From the IMG/VR virus record IMGVR_UViG_3300050821_009835, positions 124,001-188,000 of that record: a DNA stretch of 64,000 bases; one strand, 5' to 3'. The first letter of the stretch is position 1, and every line of letters starts with the position of its first letter. Of this stretch, positions 53,110 through 62,503 are shown in pieces. The notes below the pieces were generated by a model, which ran no database searches, was not told where the DNA came from, and saw nothing but the letters and a program-made list of their open reading frames with translations. Both the position numbers and the translations under genes were made by a program.

Positions 53110-53378
53110 CCTAATTTAATCCTCCCATTGTTGGGCAGAGTTGAAGGAATCTCTCCGGGCTGAGCAACGAGGATAGAAGGGACCTCAACTTCAATGGTGT
53201 TAAGGCGAGTTACACGCATGCCGAATTCCGTCGGCTCGATAAATCCAGCTTGCATAAACGTGCTAACGAGTCTGTTAATGGCTGCTTGAACTGCTGCTGG
53301 ATCTGATGATACATCGTATGACTTGGTGATCTCTCGACCGTCGAAGGTCACCATTTTTAAAATCAATTTGTACTCCAT
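53106..53378 (-). CDS. Hypothetical protein
   Basis: 90 aa. Confidence 0.45.
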   Translation of the reverse strand: MEYKLILKMVTFDGREITKSYDVSSDPAAVQAAINRLVSTFMQAGFIEPTEFGMRVTRLNTIEVEVPSILVAQPGEIPSTLPNNGRIKLG

Positions 53379-53387
53379 AAATCAATC

Positions 53388-55391
53388 CTAAGGTTTGTCC
53401 GTAATCATTAGTCGGACATCCGTCTTTTTCATTATTGCCCACGGCCTCTGACCCTCGTCATAAGCGACAGCAGCAACAGTACCAAAATCTGCGAGCTCGC
53501 ATACTCCCCCAGCAGAGCAAGCCAATTCTTTGGCTGAAGTCGTGCTATCTTCCTTTTCAAATTCTGGAAGCCGAGACCAATCAAGGGTTGGAAATTCCGA
53601 CACTCTCTTTTGATACTCTCCCTCTGAAATTTCTGCGTAGGGTGGTTGCCGATAAATTGTTTCTGAATATGGGAGGAAACTTACGCCACCGATTTCTTCA
53701 AAGTGTTCGTAAACCCAGGCAGCCACTTGTATCCATTCATGCTGCTTAACATAAATTGTTGTGGAGGGATTATGTTCGCACCAATGACGTAGATACGTCA
53801 AATATAGTTCAAGTTGCTGAACAGCCGTTCTGGTTCCACGCTTTAAGCTGTTCTTTGGAGATTCTAAAGGGAAGTAGAAGACGTCCACATCATTCGGCTT
53901 AGTAACGTCCGGCTCACTAGGTACACCTGAAGCTTTTAAGAATTGACCCAAGGGATCTTTACGATCACCTCTTACGGCTCGCAAGATGTAATCCGACCAA
54001 CGGTCATGAATACCCGAAGAACTTCCGCAAAGCTGGCTTACTGTTCCCGAAGGTTTTGTACATGTAATTGCAACAGAAACATTAATGCCCAACCGCTTGG
54101 CCCAATCCTTACAGACAGTTAGTGCATACTCGCGAAGCTCGTCTAGGAGTGTCTCTAATTCGGGGCCGTTCGTACTTAAGAGTACATTATCGGCAATGCC
54201 GGTTAGAGACACTCCAAGCAATCGTTCTTCCTCGGCATTCTTCTGCCAAATCTTGCGAAGATAGCGGAAGTCAGTCAAGGTCGATTGCAAGCAGCCAAGA
54301 ATGACTGCGTGGCGAATCTTGTGTTTTAAAGTTTGTTTAGTATCTTCAGGGCGGGCAACGACTTCAGTTAAGTTGCACAATCCACAAGGCCGAAGGTAGA
54401 TTTCTGCGCATGGGTTTACTCCAAAGTTAATACCCTTGTATTTACGTCTACCAGTTTTCTTGGCTTGATGAACTGCGGCTTCTCGATTAAAAATACCTCG
54501 CTCGCCTGCTTTGCTCTCCACGAGCGTGAGCCATTCACGCATGAAGATTTCAACCTCAGGTTTTTCCGTATAAGCAACAGAATTGTTACTCAACGCGCGA
54601 TGAGGTGAATCGATCCACCATTTTCCATTTTTCGCATTACGCATACGATCATCTGAAAGATTAGAAAGAGATAAAAGAGCACTCCGCCGAACCCCACCAG
54701 AAACTGCACAATCGGCAATCGTACACATGAGATCGTGACACTCTAAGGAGTTGAGTTTTCTGCCAGCAGCATTCTGAAAAAGATTAACAGCAAAACGGAA
54801 GCAACGTTCCAACGGTTCCGGGCCGGATGCGCGGCCACCGAAGGTCTTCAAGACAGCACCCGCAGGACGCAAAGCACTGGTATCCCACTTAGGAATAAGA
54901 CCACCGTACAGCAAAGATATTAGCTGCCGCAGTGAAGTAGCCCACCCGATTTTACTGTCCATGACTTTGATAACAGTGTTCGTTGGATAGAAAGTTTCTG
55001 CAATAGTTGGCATTAATCCAACAAATTGCCGTTCAACTGAAAACCCCACCCCCACACCGCACATACTCAGATACAGAGTCTCATCGAATGCTCGTGGGTC
55101 GTCCACAATTACAAAAGAGCAGTTGAAGCCAGCCACTTGATCTTTTTCCAGTGCCGGGCCAGCCGTCATCAAAGCACGCATAGAGGGCATGACTTCAAGA
55201 TTAAGAATAGCTTTTTCTAGTTCCGCCGAAGTTTTTTCACGCCCGTCTTCGGGGATTCTTGGGGTAAAAAATTCACTGTAACGATGAACAGTTTCGTCCC
55301 AGTTTTCTCTGCGATTTTCTTTTGGAAGCCAGCGTGCGTAGCGGCTTTTGTGTATGAATTGTTGAAAAGGCGACATCTTGGTACTAGACAT
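53388..55391 (-). CDS. nrdJ: Class II (adenosylcobalamin-dependent) ribonucleotide reductase
   Basis: PSMRALMTAG, FNCSF, VSGGVRRSA, NPCAEI..CNLTE, KPSGTVSQL, C-terminal CSAGGVCE. Confidence 0.92.
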   Translation of the reverse strand: MSSTKMSPFQQFIHKSRYARWLPKENRRENWDETVHRYSEFFTPRIPEDGREKTSAELEKAILNLEVMPSMRALMTAGPALEKDQVAGFNCSFVIVDDPRAFDETLYLSMCGVGVGFSVERQFVGLMPTIAETFYPTNTVIKVMDSKIGWATSLRQLISLLYGGLIPKWDTSALRPAGAVLKTFGGRASGPEPLERCFRFAVNLFQNAAGRKLNSLECHDLMCTIADCAVSGGVRRSALLSLSNLSDDRMRNAKNGKWWIDSPHRALSNNSVAYTEKPEVEIFMREWLTLVESKAGERGIFNREAAVHQAKKTGRRKYKGINFGVNPCAEIYLRPCGLCNLTEVVARPEDTKQTLKHKIRHAVILGCLQSTLTDFRYLRKIWQKNAEEERLLGVSLTGIADNVLLSTNGPELETLLDELREYALTVCKDWAKRLGINVSVAITCTKPSGTVSQLCGSSSGIHDRWSDYILRAVRGDRKDPLGQFLKASGVPSEPDVTKPNDVDVFYFPLESPKNSLKRGTRTAVQQLELYLTYLRHWCEHNPSTTIYVKQHEWIQVAAWVYEHFEEIGGVSFLPYSETIYRQPPYAEISEGEYQKRVSEFPTLDWSRLPEFEKEDSTTSAKELACSAGGVCELADFGTVAAVAYDEGQRPWAIMKKTDVRLMITDKP

Positions 55392-55575
55392 GAAGACTGA
55401 TCCTTGCGAAATGAAACTTAACAGCGGTTTGAGCAACAACCTGGGTCAGAAATTTATGGGAAAAATTCATTAGCGAAAAATTGAACATGGTGACTTAATA
55501 CTGTGTTTACGATGGTTTGCGGGGTATTATTAAAATCCCGAAAAGTTCTAATTTTTCGGTAAAACACTGACATTC

Positions 55576-56037
55576 TTAGTAAGGCCGCCAACGATGTTGT
55601 CTACCTGTAATTTCGGAAAGAGGCACCGGGCCGTGTTTTAGTCTTTCCTCGATAGACAACTTGCCCCCGGTTTGCTTAGTCAAAATCTCTTCCATTTCTT
55701 TTCGTCGTTTCTGGGTCCAAAACTGGCCCATCATAGTGTCGATAGAGTTAACAAGATTGCAAGGCAACTGGAGAATTTTACGCCAAAACGGATCGTCTGT
55801 TTGTTTTGCCCACTCCAAAGATTCGGAGATATCTGGGTAAGCATATTTTTTCAAAATAGGGAAAAGTTCATCCGCCCAAAGTTCCAGGGCACCTTCGGTG
55901 CCAAATCTTCGAGGGCAGCCAAGAAATGACCAAAAACGGGCTGCTAATTTCTTAGCTGCTTCCGGGGTTGGTTTTAAAACCACCACCACTGGCTTAACGG
56001 CGCTCATTGTCCTACTTCCTGCATAATATCCTGCCAA
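55576..56037 (-). CDS. Hypothetical replication-associated protein
   Basis: Directly downstream of the initiator-like gene. Confidence 0.45.
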   Translation of the reverse strand: MAGYYAGSRTMSAVKPVVVVLKPTPEAAKKLAARFWSFLGCPRRFGTEGALELWADELFPILKKYAYPDISESLEWAKQTDDPFWRKILQLPCNLVNSIDTMMGQFWTQKRRKEMEEILTKQTGGKLSIEERLKHGPVPLSEITGRQHRWRPY

Positions 56038-56594
56038 TCTGAACTCAGTTCATTTTCCGTTTTGCTTCCGCGTGCCGCTGGCTCTTCTGTTCTGTTTGGA
56101 ACGTCTGGTATATCTGGTACTTCTGGAATAGGCCGCCTTTCCGTATCACCATCCGCCGCTCTTCCGCCGCCTTTCCGTATCACCATCCGCCGCTCTTCCG
56201 TATCACCATCCGTATCACCATCCGTTTTTTCCTCATAAAATGGAACGCACTTACTCCCGTTCTTCCAAGCGTTTAGCCGCTTATTGCTCAGTTTTCCACC
56301 TTGAGGTTCAAACTTGTTAATTAGTATGTTGTAACCCTTGTGTGTGCCATCGCCTTTTCGATAATTTATATATTTGTTTTCTCTAAGACGAGTTAGCGAC
56401 CGTTGAATTGACTGTTTCAGACGGGGGTTGTCAAAACCGTAGGCAATACCAAGTGCGGACCCGTGATAGATGCCCGTAGCCCAATTACACTCGTAGTGTA
56501 GGTACAGATAAATGCCTAAATCTTGGGGGGAAATTTTACCCTGTTTGATGTGCTCGCGTAGGCCATTGCGAAGTCTTGCAAATCCATCGTTCAT
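56004..56594 (-). CDS. Replication-initiator-like winged-helix protein
   Basis: N-terminal FARL..GIYLYL..W..G..SLTRLRENKYI wHTH followed by a repeat linker; next to the DnaB-like helicase. Confidence 0.6.
   Translation of the reverse strand: MNDGFARLRNGLREHIKQGKISPQDLGIYLYLHYECNWATGIYHGSALGIAYGFDNPRLKQSIQRSLTRLRENKYINYRKGDGTHKGYNILINKFEPQGGKLSNKRLNAWKNGSKCVPFYEEKTDGDTDGDTEERRMVIRKGGGRAADGDTERRPIPEVPDIPDVPNRTEEPAARGSKTENELSSDWQDIMQEVGQ
56132..56224. repeat. Iteron-like repeats (4 x TCCGTATCACCA, including an exact 34-nt duplication)
   Basis: 12-mer at 56140, 56174, 56197, 56209; 34-mer at 56132-56165 and 56166-56199. Confidence 0.8.
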
Positions 56595-58096
56595 TTTATA
56601 CTCTCGAGAGTAGCCAATGCTGGATCGTAATCGGAAGGTGGCTTAATGTCGGATACTTTAGCTCTAGAACCACCAACCCAACCATTAGGCGACATCTTTG
56701 CTAGAAAAGGGTCAAAGCCCACGCCGTCGCGATCTTTAGGGCAGGAGAACATTACATCGTAACAACCTTGTGGGTCCTGTCCTTTGTTGAATACTCCCAC
56801 GATGAAAGTCATACTACGGCCTAACTCTTTTTCATTGTTGATGGCGCTGGGTTTATACACACCGTCCTGTTCTTCTTTCGCTGCCCGGTTCAACCCCTCT
56901 TCATTAACTTGTACAGGAGAAATTATACACATCCCTCGTCCACCGTCAAAGACCATGCCAAATTGACGGATATCTTTGATCATCGCACTCATCTTAGATC
57001 GTTGATCATCGGTATTTCTAGAGGGCGGTTCGAGCAACTGAATATAATCGAGCAAGACTGCATCCAAAGGAGCCACTAAGTCTTCGGTTTCAATTAGAGT
57101 TTTAATGTGCTCCCAAGAAGCAACACTGGGTTTTCTAATGGTAAGTCTTCCTTCTATGGTTTCTTTAAAATCTTGAGCAACTTCAATCCACATACGAAGT
57201 AAATCGGTTGTAAGCTGCTTCTTTCTTTTTTTAGCATAAGTTAAGGCTTCATATTTTCCACCAAATTTTGGGTTGTTAGCGTGCAGAAAAATAAATTTGT
57301 CACGTTCAACCGTTTGGCTATTTTCAACGGAAATGTGAAGTACGTTTCTTCCCGCCGCAGCCATGTTATACAACATAAAACGACTTACAGTGGATTTCCC
57401 GCTGCCTAAGTACCCAAGAATGCCAATAAAATCCTGGCGTTCTAGGTAGAAGTCGCTGAATCCACATTCTAATTGGGGGATACTCAATGATTGTTGGTAT
57501 TCTTCAGGACCAAGATGAGCTTCTGTTTGCACCACTATGGGCTTGAGAGTATTGCTGGCATCCACCAGAAGTCCTTCTTCTAATTCGTGCACTAAATATT
57601 TGAGTGCATCACGAGGACCAGACATTTTCTTGTTGCGCTGACCCATGAAATTCATTTCGATGCTGCCCAAATTAATGCCGTTAGTCAATTTTAGAACGTT
57701 GGTGATCCGACGCATTTCCCAATCTGTACACCAGTCTTTGAGGACCACAGCAAGATCTGCTGGGTCATGAATAGTAAGATCGGTTTGGCTTCGATAATCT
57801 TTTTTAAGAGCATCCAGCAATTCATCATTTTTTTCAGTAGATTTAACTTCTTCAAGGAGAATTTCGTAGCTAGGGAGTGTGCCTGTTTCTTGCGCAGTTT
57901 TCCATAAGGCAGCAAGGAGGTCAAATTGTACATCGTCAGCGGCGGCAATTCGTTTAAGAATGACGTAATAGTCATTCATCCAGGACCAAACATTGGCCGA
58001 ACGAATTTGTTCTTCCGAAGAATTTCCGTGGCGAAGAAGGGAGTGAAAAAGACGCCACCAGTTGAAAACAGGGTCTGGCTTCTTAGTCGGAGGCAC
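56591..58096 (-). CDS. DnaB-like (SF4) replicative helicase
   Basis: GYLGSGKS Walker A, ISVEN, VLLDYIQL Walker B, SPVQVN, KDRDG. Confidence 0.85.
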   Translation of the reverse strand: MPPTKKPDPVFNWWRLFHSLLRHGNSSEEQIRSANVWSWMNDYYVILKRIAAADDVQFDLLAALWKTAQETGTLPSYEILLEEVKSTEKNDELLDALKKDYRSQTDLTIHDPADLAVVLKDWCTDWEMRRITNVLKLTNGINLGSIEMNFMGQRNKKMSGPRDALKYLVHELEEGLLVDASNTLKPIVVQTEAHLGPEEYQQSLSIPQLECGFSDFYLERQDFIGILGYLGSGKSTVSRFMLYNMAAAGRNVLHISVENSQTVERDKFIFLHANNPKFGGKYEALTYAKKRKKQLTTDLLRMWIEVAQDFKETIEGRLTIRKPSVASWEHIKTLIETEDLVAPLDAVLLDYIQLLEPPSRNTDDQRSKMSAMIKDIRQFGMVFDGGRGMCIISPVQVNEEGLNRAAKEEQDGVYKPSAINNEKELGRSMTFIVGVFNKGQDPQGCYDVMFSCPKDRDGVGFDPFLAKMSPNGWVGGSRAKVSDIKPPSDYDPALATLESIK

Positions 58097-58196
58097 TATA
58101 TACCTCCGATAAAACGAATGTTTATCATGTAGTATTCCTTAAACAAAGAGAGCAAGGCCCTCCAGTGGAGTAGATAATACCGCTTTTTCCCGTATC

Positions 58197-59312
58197 ATGC
58201 TATATACCATGAATGACAGCATTTTCAGAATACAGTCCATCGACCGTAATTTGATCCATTGGGAAGACCATCTTCTGGATCTCAGTCCTTGCGAAAAAAT
58301 TGGTGGCATGTGGTTTAAACGAGAGGATTTCTTTGCCCCTTTAGGATTTGGTGGTATCAATGGCAGCAAACTCCGTGTTTGCATTTGGCTAATTAACGAA
58401 GCACTCAAGCAAGGGGCCAAGGGGGTTTCGCATGGTGCTGTGATAGGTTCCCCTCAACATCCCATGGTAGCTTGTATTGCTGCTCATTACAATGTTCCAG
58501 TGATTGATTGTATTGGTACTAAGAAACCACTTGAACACGAAACTTTAGCGACGGCTGCATGGATGGGGGCAGAATTCCGTTCGTTTAATCCGGGCTTTGC
58601 AGCTACATTAAACAGCAAGGCCGAACAGATTGCAAAAGAACTTAGATATTTCCATTTAGAAACTAACATCACTGTAGATCAGGAGAAGAATCCTGCGGCT
58701 CGGGTGGAAGCATTTCACAAGGTCGGCAGTGTGCAGGTCCAAAATATTCCTGATCACATTGAGAACATCATCGTGCCAGCGGGTAGTTGCAACAGTGTGA
58801 CCTCTGTCTTATACGGGATTGCCCAATATCGCCCCAAGAATCTCCAGAATGTTATCCTCATGGGCATTGGTTCTTGCGGTAGTTCTGATCCGACTTACAT
58901 CCATCGTCGTCTGCAAATTATCGAAGGAGTAAGTGGAGTAAACTCTCAGGACATGTTTGGTTGGTTCCTGAACTACAAACACAACAATCCTAGCCAAAGC
59001 GCGGCCACTTGGCCTCGTAAATTCTCACCTATCTACACATTAACCCATTATGATGTAAATGGGGGCTGTGGACAGTGTAAGAAGTGCGAAGGAGGGTATT
59101 GCACCTACAACGATCTGATGCCCTATCGATTTAATGATCTGGATTTTCACCCGAGGTATGAGGGTAAGATGATGTGTTTCATGGGAGATCATCTATCCGA
59201 ATTCCAACAGTATCTCAATGACAAGACACTCTTCTGGATTGTTGGATCTAAGCCATCTGCGGCAGCGATGGCTCCGGTATTGAAGGAGAAATTTGGGGAT
59301 TTTTATGAGTGA
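58197..59312 (+). CDS. PLP-dependent enzyme (fold type II, ACC-deaminase-like) of the DNA hypermodification cassette
   Basis: WFKRED..GGINGSKLR PLP lysine, GSPQ, VPAGSCNS, FHPRYEGK, LFWIVG. Confidence 0.8.
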   Translation: MLYTMNDSIFRIQSIDRNLIHWEDHLLDLSPCEKIGGMWFKREDFFAPLGFGGINGSKLRVCIWLINEALKQGAKGVSHGAVIGSPQHPMVACIAAHYNVPVIDCIGTKKPLEHETLATAAWMGAEFRSFNPGFAATLNSKAEQIAKELRYFHLETNITVDQEKNPAARVEAFHKVGSVQVQNIPDHIENIIVPAGSCNSVTSVLYGIAQYRPKNLQNVILMGIGSCGSSDPTYIHRRLQIIEGVSGVNSQDMFGWFLNYKHNNPSQSAATWPRKFSPIYTLTHYDVNGGCGQCKKCEGGYCTYNDLMPYRFNDLDFHPRYEGKMMCFMGDHLSEFQQYLNDKTLFWIVGSKPSAAAMAPVLKEKFGDFYE

Positions 59313-60525
59313 TCTTTTCTACAGCCCGTTCGATCAAGAAGTCATAGGGCTTGACAAAATACTCGTGTGTTCAGCAGATCATACGACTCCAGGCCGCTAT
59401 TGTGAACTTTTGGGCTTGTTTGAACAACAGGATCTTAAAGAGGGCATGGATTTTCGCAAGCCGGAATTCCGAAGGGAAGTATTTCTACGTTTCTACGAGT
59501 TCTGCCTGAAGTATCGGCTGCACGCCGGGGCTAGTCTACCCTACATGACGTTCCCGTTCTTGAGCAAAGAAATTGGTTGGGGGCGGGAGGAGTTGCTGTG
59601 GTTCGTTTTCATCAACGGGAACACTCAACATCCGTTGACTTCTTGGGTTATTTTCAATCAGTTCCCTGACTTTGCTAATCTAGATATCCCGGCTCTGGAT
59701 GCTTGGTACAACAAGGAATGGCCTCGTCTTGAATTTGACACAGATCGTCGACACCAGAAACGCGATTTTATCAAATCGGTTACTCGCTATAAGGAACTCT
59801 GTGGATGTAGAGATCAAGCGTGGCTTTTTCACAACCAAATAGTAAGCGACGACCCACTTGAGAATTTTCAAGTTGTATGGGATATGGTGCGTAAGGATTT
59901 CTATTCTTTTGGTCGTATGAGTACGTTTTCTTATCTTGAGTACCTGCGTATCGCTCGGCTGAACATTGAGCCGAACTCTTTGTTTCTAGAAGACATATCC
60001 GGGAGTAAATCGCTTCGTAATGGTTTGGCAAAAGTATTGGGCCGGGATGACCTCGATTGGGGTGGCCCGGATAACCCTACAGGGTTCGAAGGAAAGTATA
60101 CTCCTCAGATGATGGATTGGTTGAAAAAAGAAGGTGCCATCCTTCTTGAGGAAGCTAAGAAAAGATTCAAAGGCCGGGATTTCGCTCAGGATGTGACTTA
60201 TTTTACGCTGGAATCGGAGTTCTGTACTTACAAGGGCTGGCATCGCTTAAATCGGCGTTACCCTGGAGTTTATGCTGATATTTTTCATGGAAGAATTAAG
60301 AAAGCCGAGGCCCGTTGGCCCGAAGAGGATTTTTCGGTCTTTTGGAAGATGCGTCAGCAAATGTTGCCTCAGTATTTGCGTCTTGAGGATAGTCCTGGGG
60401 ATCCTGGTTTAAAGCCTGAGAAACAAAATCACTACCGAGAAACTGGGCAGGTTATCATGATGTTGGACTGGTCCTGTTTTAAGAATGATTTTAACGATAG
60501 AATTTTGAGTATTGAAGCAACATGA
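59293..60525 (+). CDS. Amino acid:DNA transferase (aGPT-pyrophosphorylase clade 2-like)
   Basis: W..F..GNTQ, FDTDRR, FGRMSTFSYLE, SGSKS.RNGL, FTLES..C.YK, RRYPG.Y.D; flanked by a PLP enzyme and a kinase. Confidence 0.75.
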   Translation: MGIFMSDLFYSPFDQEVIGLDKILVCSADHTTPGRYCELLGLFEQQDLKEGMDFRKPEFRREVFLRFYEFCLKYRLHAGASLPYMTFPFLSKEIGWGREELLWFVFINGNTQHPLTSWVIFNQFPDFANLDIPALDAWYNKEWPRLEFDTDRRHQKRDFIKSVTRYKELCGCRDQAWLFHNQIVSDDPLENFQVVWDMVRKDFYSFGRMSTFSYLEYLRIARLNIEPNSLFLEDISGSKSLRNGLAKVLGRDDLDWGGPDNPTGFEGKYTPQMMDWLKKEGAILLEEAKKRFKGRDFAQDVTYFTLESEFCTYKGWHRLNRRYPGVYADIFHGRIKKAEARWPEEDFSVFWKMRQQMLPQYLRLEDSPGDPGLKPEKQNHYRETGQVIMMLDWSCFKNDFNDRILSIEAT

Positions 60526-61169
60526 AATGCCTTATAACTATCCTCGGGGCGGGGGCATCGGGTAAGTCCACGCTAACTCGTGCGTTGTGTGGTTCTGGAG
60601 GAAAAGAAGAAGTTGTCTTCTACAATGTAGAAGGCAAGGCAGAAAAAGCTAAATTTGTCCTCTTTCCAAACGGCGCTGCGATAGCGGGGAACCTACAAAG
60701 CACCTCTGATTCTGTCAGCAGTATGGAAGCCCGTTCTTTACTAATCCAGGATTTGCTTAAACGTCCAGATGTTCAATTCGTGGTCACAGATGGTGTTCGT
60801 TCGAGTAAGAAATGGGATGTAGACTGGGTACAGGAGAAGTTGGACTGCGCCGTTGTCTATGTGTATTTGGATATCCCCCTGGAAGAGAATCTTCGACGTT
60901 TAGTGGCAAGAAGAGCAGCCAAGGGTAAAACGGAGATGAATCCGAAGACGTACGAGAACATGTTGGCATTCCGCGAGCGAGCTGCCTTTGTTTGGAAATC
61001 TGCCATTGATACTTACAAACGTCAGCCTGTTAAGTTTATCAAATTGATTGAGGGCCAGACTGTTCAGGATTGGACTCGTGAAGTTAAGCGAACCATTTCG
61101 CAAATGTTTGACTCTGAAGATCAACGTGCGAAAAGAGCGCAGCACTTTAAAAACAGCACTAGTTATTAG
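60522..61169 (+). CDS. P-loop kinase, probable 5hmU DNA kinase
   Basis: ILGAGASGKST, VTDG, YLDIPLEE.L.R..ARR; cassette context. Confidence 0.7.
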   Translation: MKCLITILGAGASGKSTLTRALCGSGGKEEVVFYNVEGKAEKAKFVLFPNGAAIAGNLQSTSDSVSSMEARSLLIQDLLKRPDVQFVVTDGVRSSKKWDVDWVQEKLDCAVVYVYLDIPLEENLRRLVARRAAKGKTEMNPKTYENMLAFRERAAFVWKSAIDTYKRQPVKFIKLIEGQTVQDWTREVKRTISQMFDSEDQRAKRAQHFKNSTSY

Positions 61170-61200
61170 CAGTAAATTAGAACTTTTAAACAGGAGAAAC

Positions 61201-62451
61201 ATGAAGCGATTTGCGTTAATGGTACTAACTTCTCTCGTCCTTTCACTCTGTGCTTTTGCTACATCCTCGGATACAGTAGAAGTCAATTTTGCCCGCTGTG
61301 ACACCGACAATTACGGGATGATGCCTTACTTTGGTAACAAAATATCTTTGGCTACAATCGGGGCATTTGCTAATGAGACATTTGGAACTATCGTCAATGG
61401 TGGTGGTTCAATTGGCAATTGTAACCCAGGCTTTAATCAGTTTGGCAGCGGAGTGGTATTTGAGTTCGTACCCCCTGCGAACTACTCTGTTCTAACAACT
61501 TTTGCAGGAGGCGATGGTTTTTACCCACAGACAAATGTAGTCCAAGATTCTACCGGGACTATATGGGGAACTTTAACCCGAACTGGGGCCAACGGCGGTG
61601 AGATATTCTATCTCAAGTATTCCAGCGGTGTTTGGAATTTAACCGAACCGTATAATAACGTAAGTGGGCCTCCAAAGGGAGACATCGTTCTCTCTTCGTG
61701 TGGTTCAGACCAGTGTCTCACTGGTACTACAGACCAAGGCGGGGCTAACGGTAACGGTGAGATTTGGCAGTATGACATAACAAACCCCAACTTTACCGAC
61801 GTCTATGATTTGAAAGCGGTCAGTGGTGGGGTGTACCCTGACGGTAACAGCATTCTTGGAGGCTTGGCGTTAGGGAGTTCCGGGGTGTTCTACGGGGTTG
61901 CGTCAGGCGGTGGTGCTTATGGGCAAGGAGTGATATTCTCTTGGAGTCCAACATCTGGGTATACTGTTCTCTACAATTTCTGCCCCGCAGGAGGAAATTG
62001 TGTTGATGGTGCTGTTCCATACGGTGCCCCTTTCATCGACAGCATGGGAACTTTATATGGAACCACTGGAGGTGGGGGAGATTCCGATAGCGACGGTGTT
62101 ATCTATCAGTATGTTCCTGGCGGTTTTCTAACCGTGCTTCACACTTTCGGTAATTCCGATGGTAAGCAACCTGTAGGTGAATTGGTATCATCCGGAACCA
62201 AGTTGTGGGGTACTACAACTTACGGCGGTGCTCACTCTTGTGGAGTAGTATTCTCGTACTCTGGAACTACATACACTGATGTGTATGACTTCCAGGGCGG
62301 AACTACTGATGGGTGTAATACTTATGCTCCCATCACTTTTGACGGTGGCAGTATGTATACCATGACCAACAGAGGCGGAAACAACGGCGGTTCAATGGCA
62401 CCCGGTTGTTCCAGAAGTGGGTGCGGAGTCTTGGTAAAGATAAACCCTTAG
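61201..62451 (+). CDS. Secreted GloVer (Gloeo_Verruco)-repeat beta-propeller protein
   Basis: Signal peptide MKRFALMVLTSLVLSLCAFA; repeated G.LYGTT..GG....G.IF and T.LY.F....DG..P.G units. Confidence 0.8.
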   Translation: MKRFALMVLTSLVLSLCAFATSSDTVEVNFARCDTDNYGMMPYFGNKISLATIGAFANETFGTIVNGGGSIGNCNPGFNQFGSGVVFEFVPPANYSVLTTFAGGDGFYPQTNVVQDSTGTIWGTLTRTGANGGEIFYLKYSSGVWNLTEPYNNVSGPPKGDIVLSSCGSDQCLTGTTDQGGANGNGEIWQYDITNPNFTDVYDLKAVSGGVYPDGNSILGGLALGSSGVFYGVASGGGAYGQGVIFSWSPTSGYTVLYNFCPAGGNCVDGAVPYGAPFIDSMGTLYGTTGGGGDSDSDGVIYQYVPGGFLTVLHTFGNSDGKQPVGELVSSGTKLWGTTTYGGAHSCGVVFSYSGTTYTDVYDFQGGTTDGCNTYAPITFDGGSMYTMTNRGGNNGGSMAPGCSRSGCGVLVKINP

Positions 62452-62473
62452 ACGTTAATAATTTAGATTAACC

Positions 62474-62496
62474 GGGGCACCTTTAAAAGGTGCCCC
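62474..62496. terminator. Bidirectional terminator between convergent genes
   Basis: GGGGCACCT/AGGTGCCCC hairpin flanked by A/T runs. Confidence 0.7.
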
Positions 62497-62503
62497 ATTT
62501 GTT

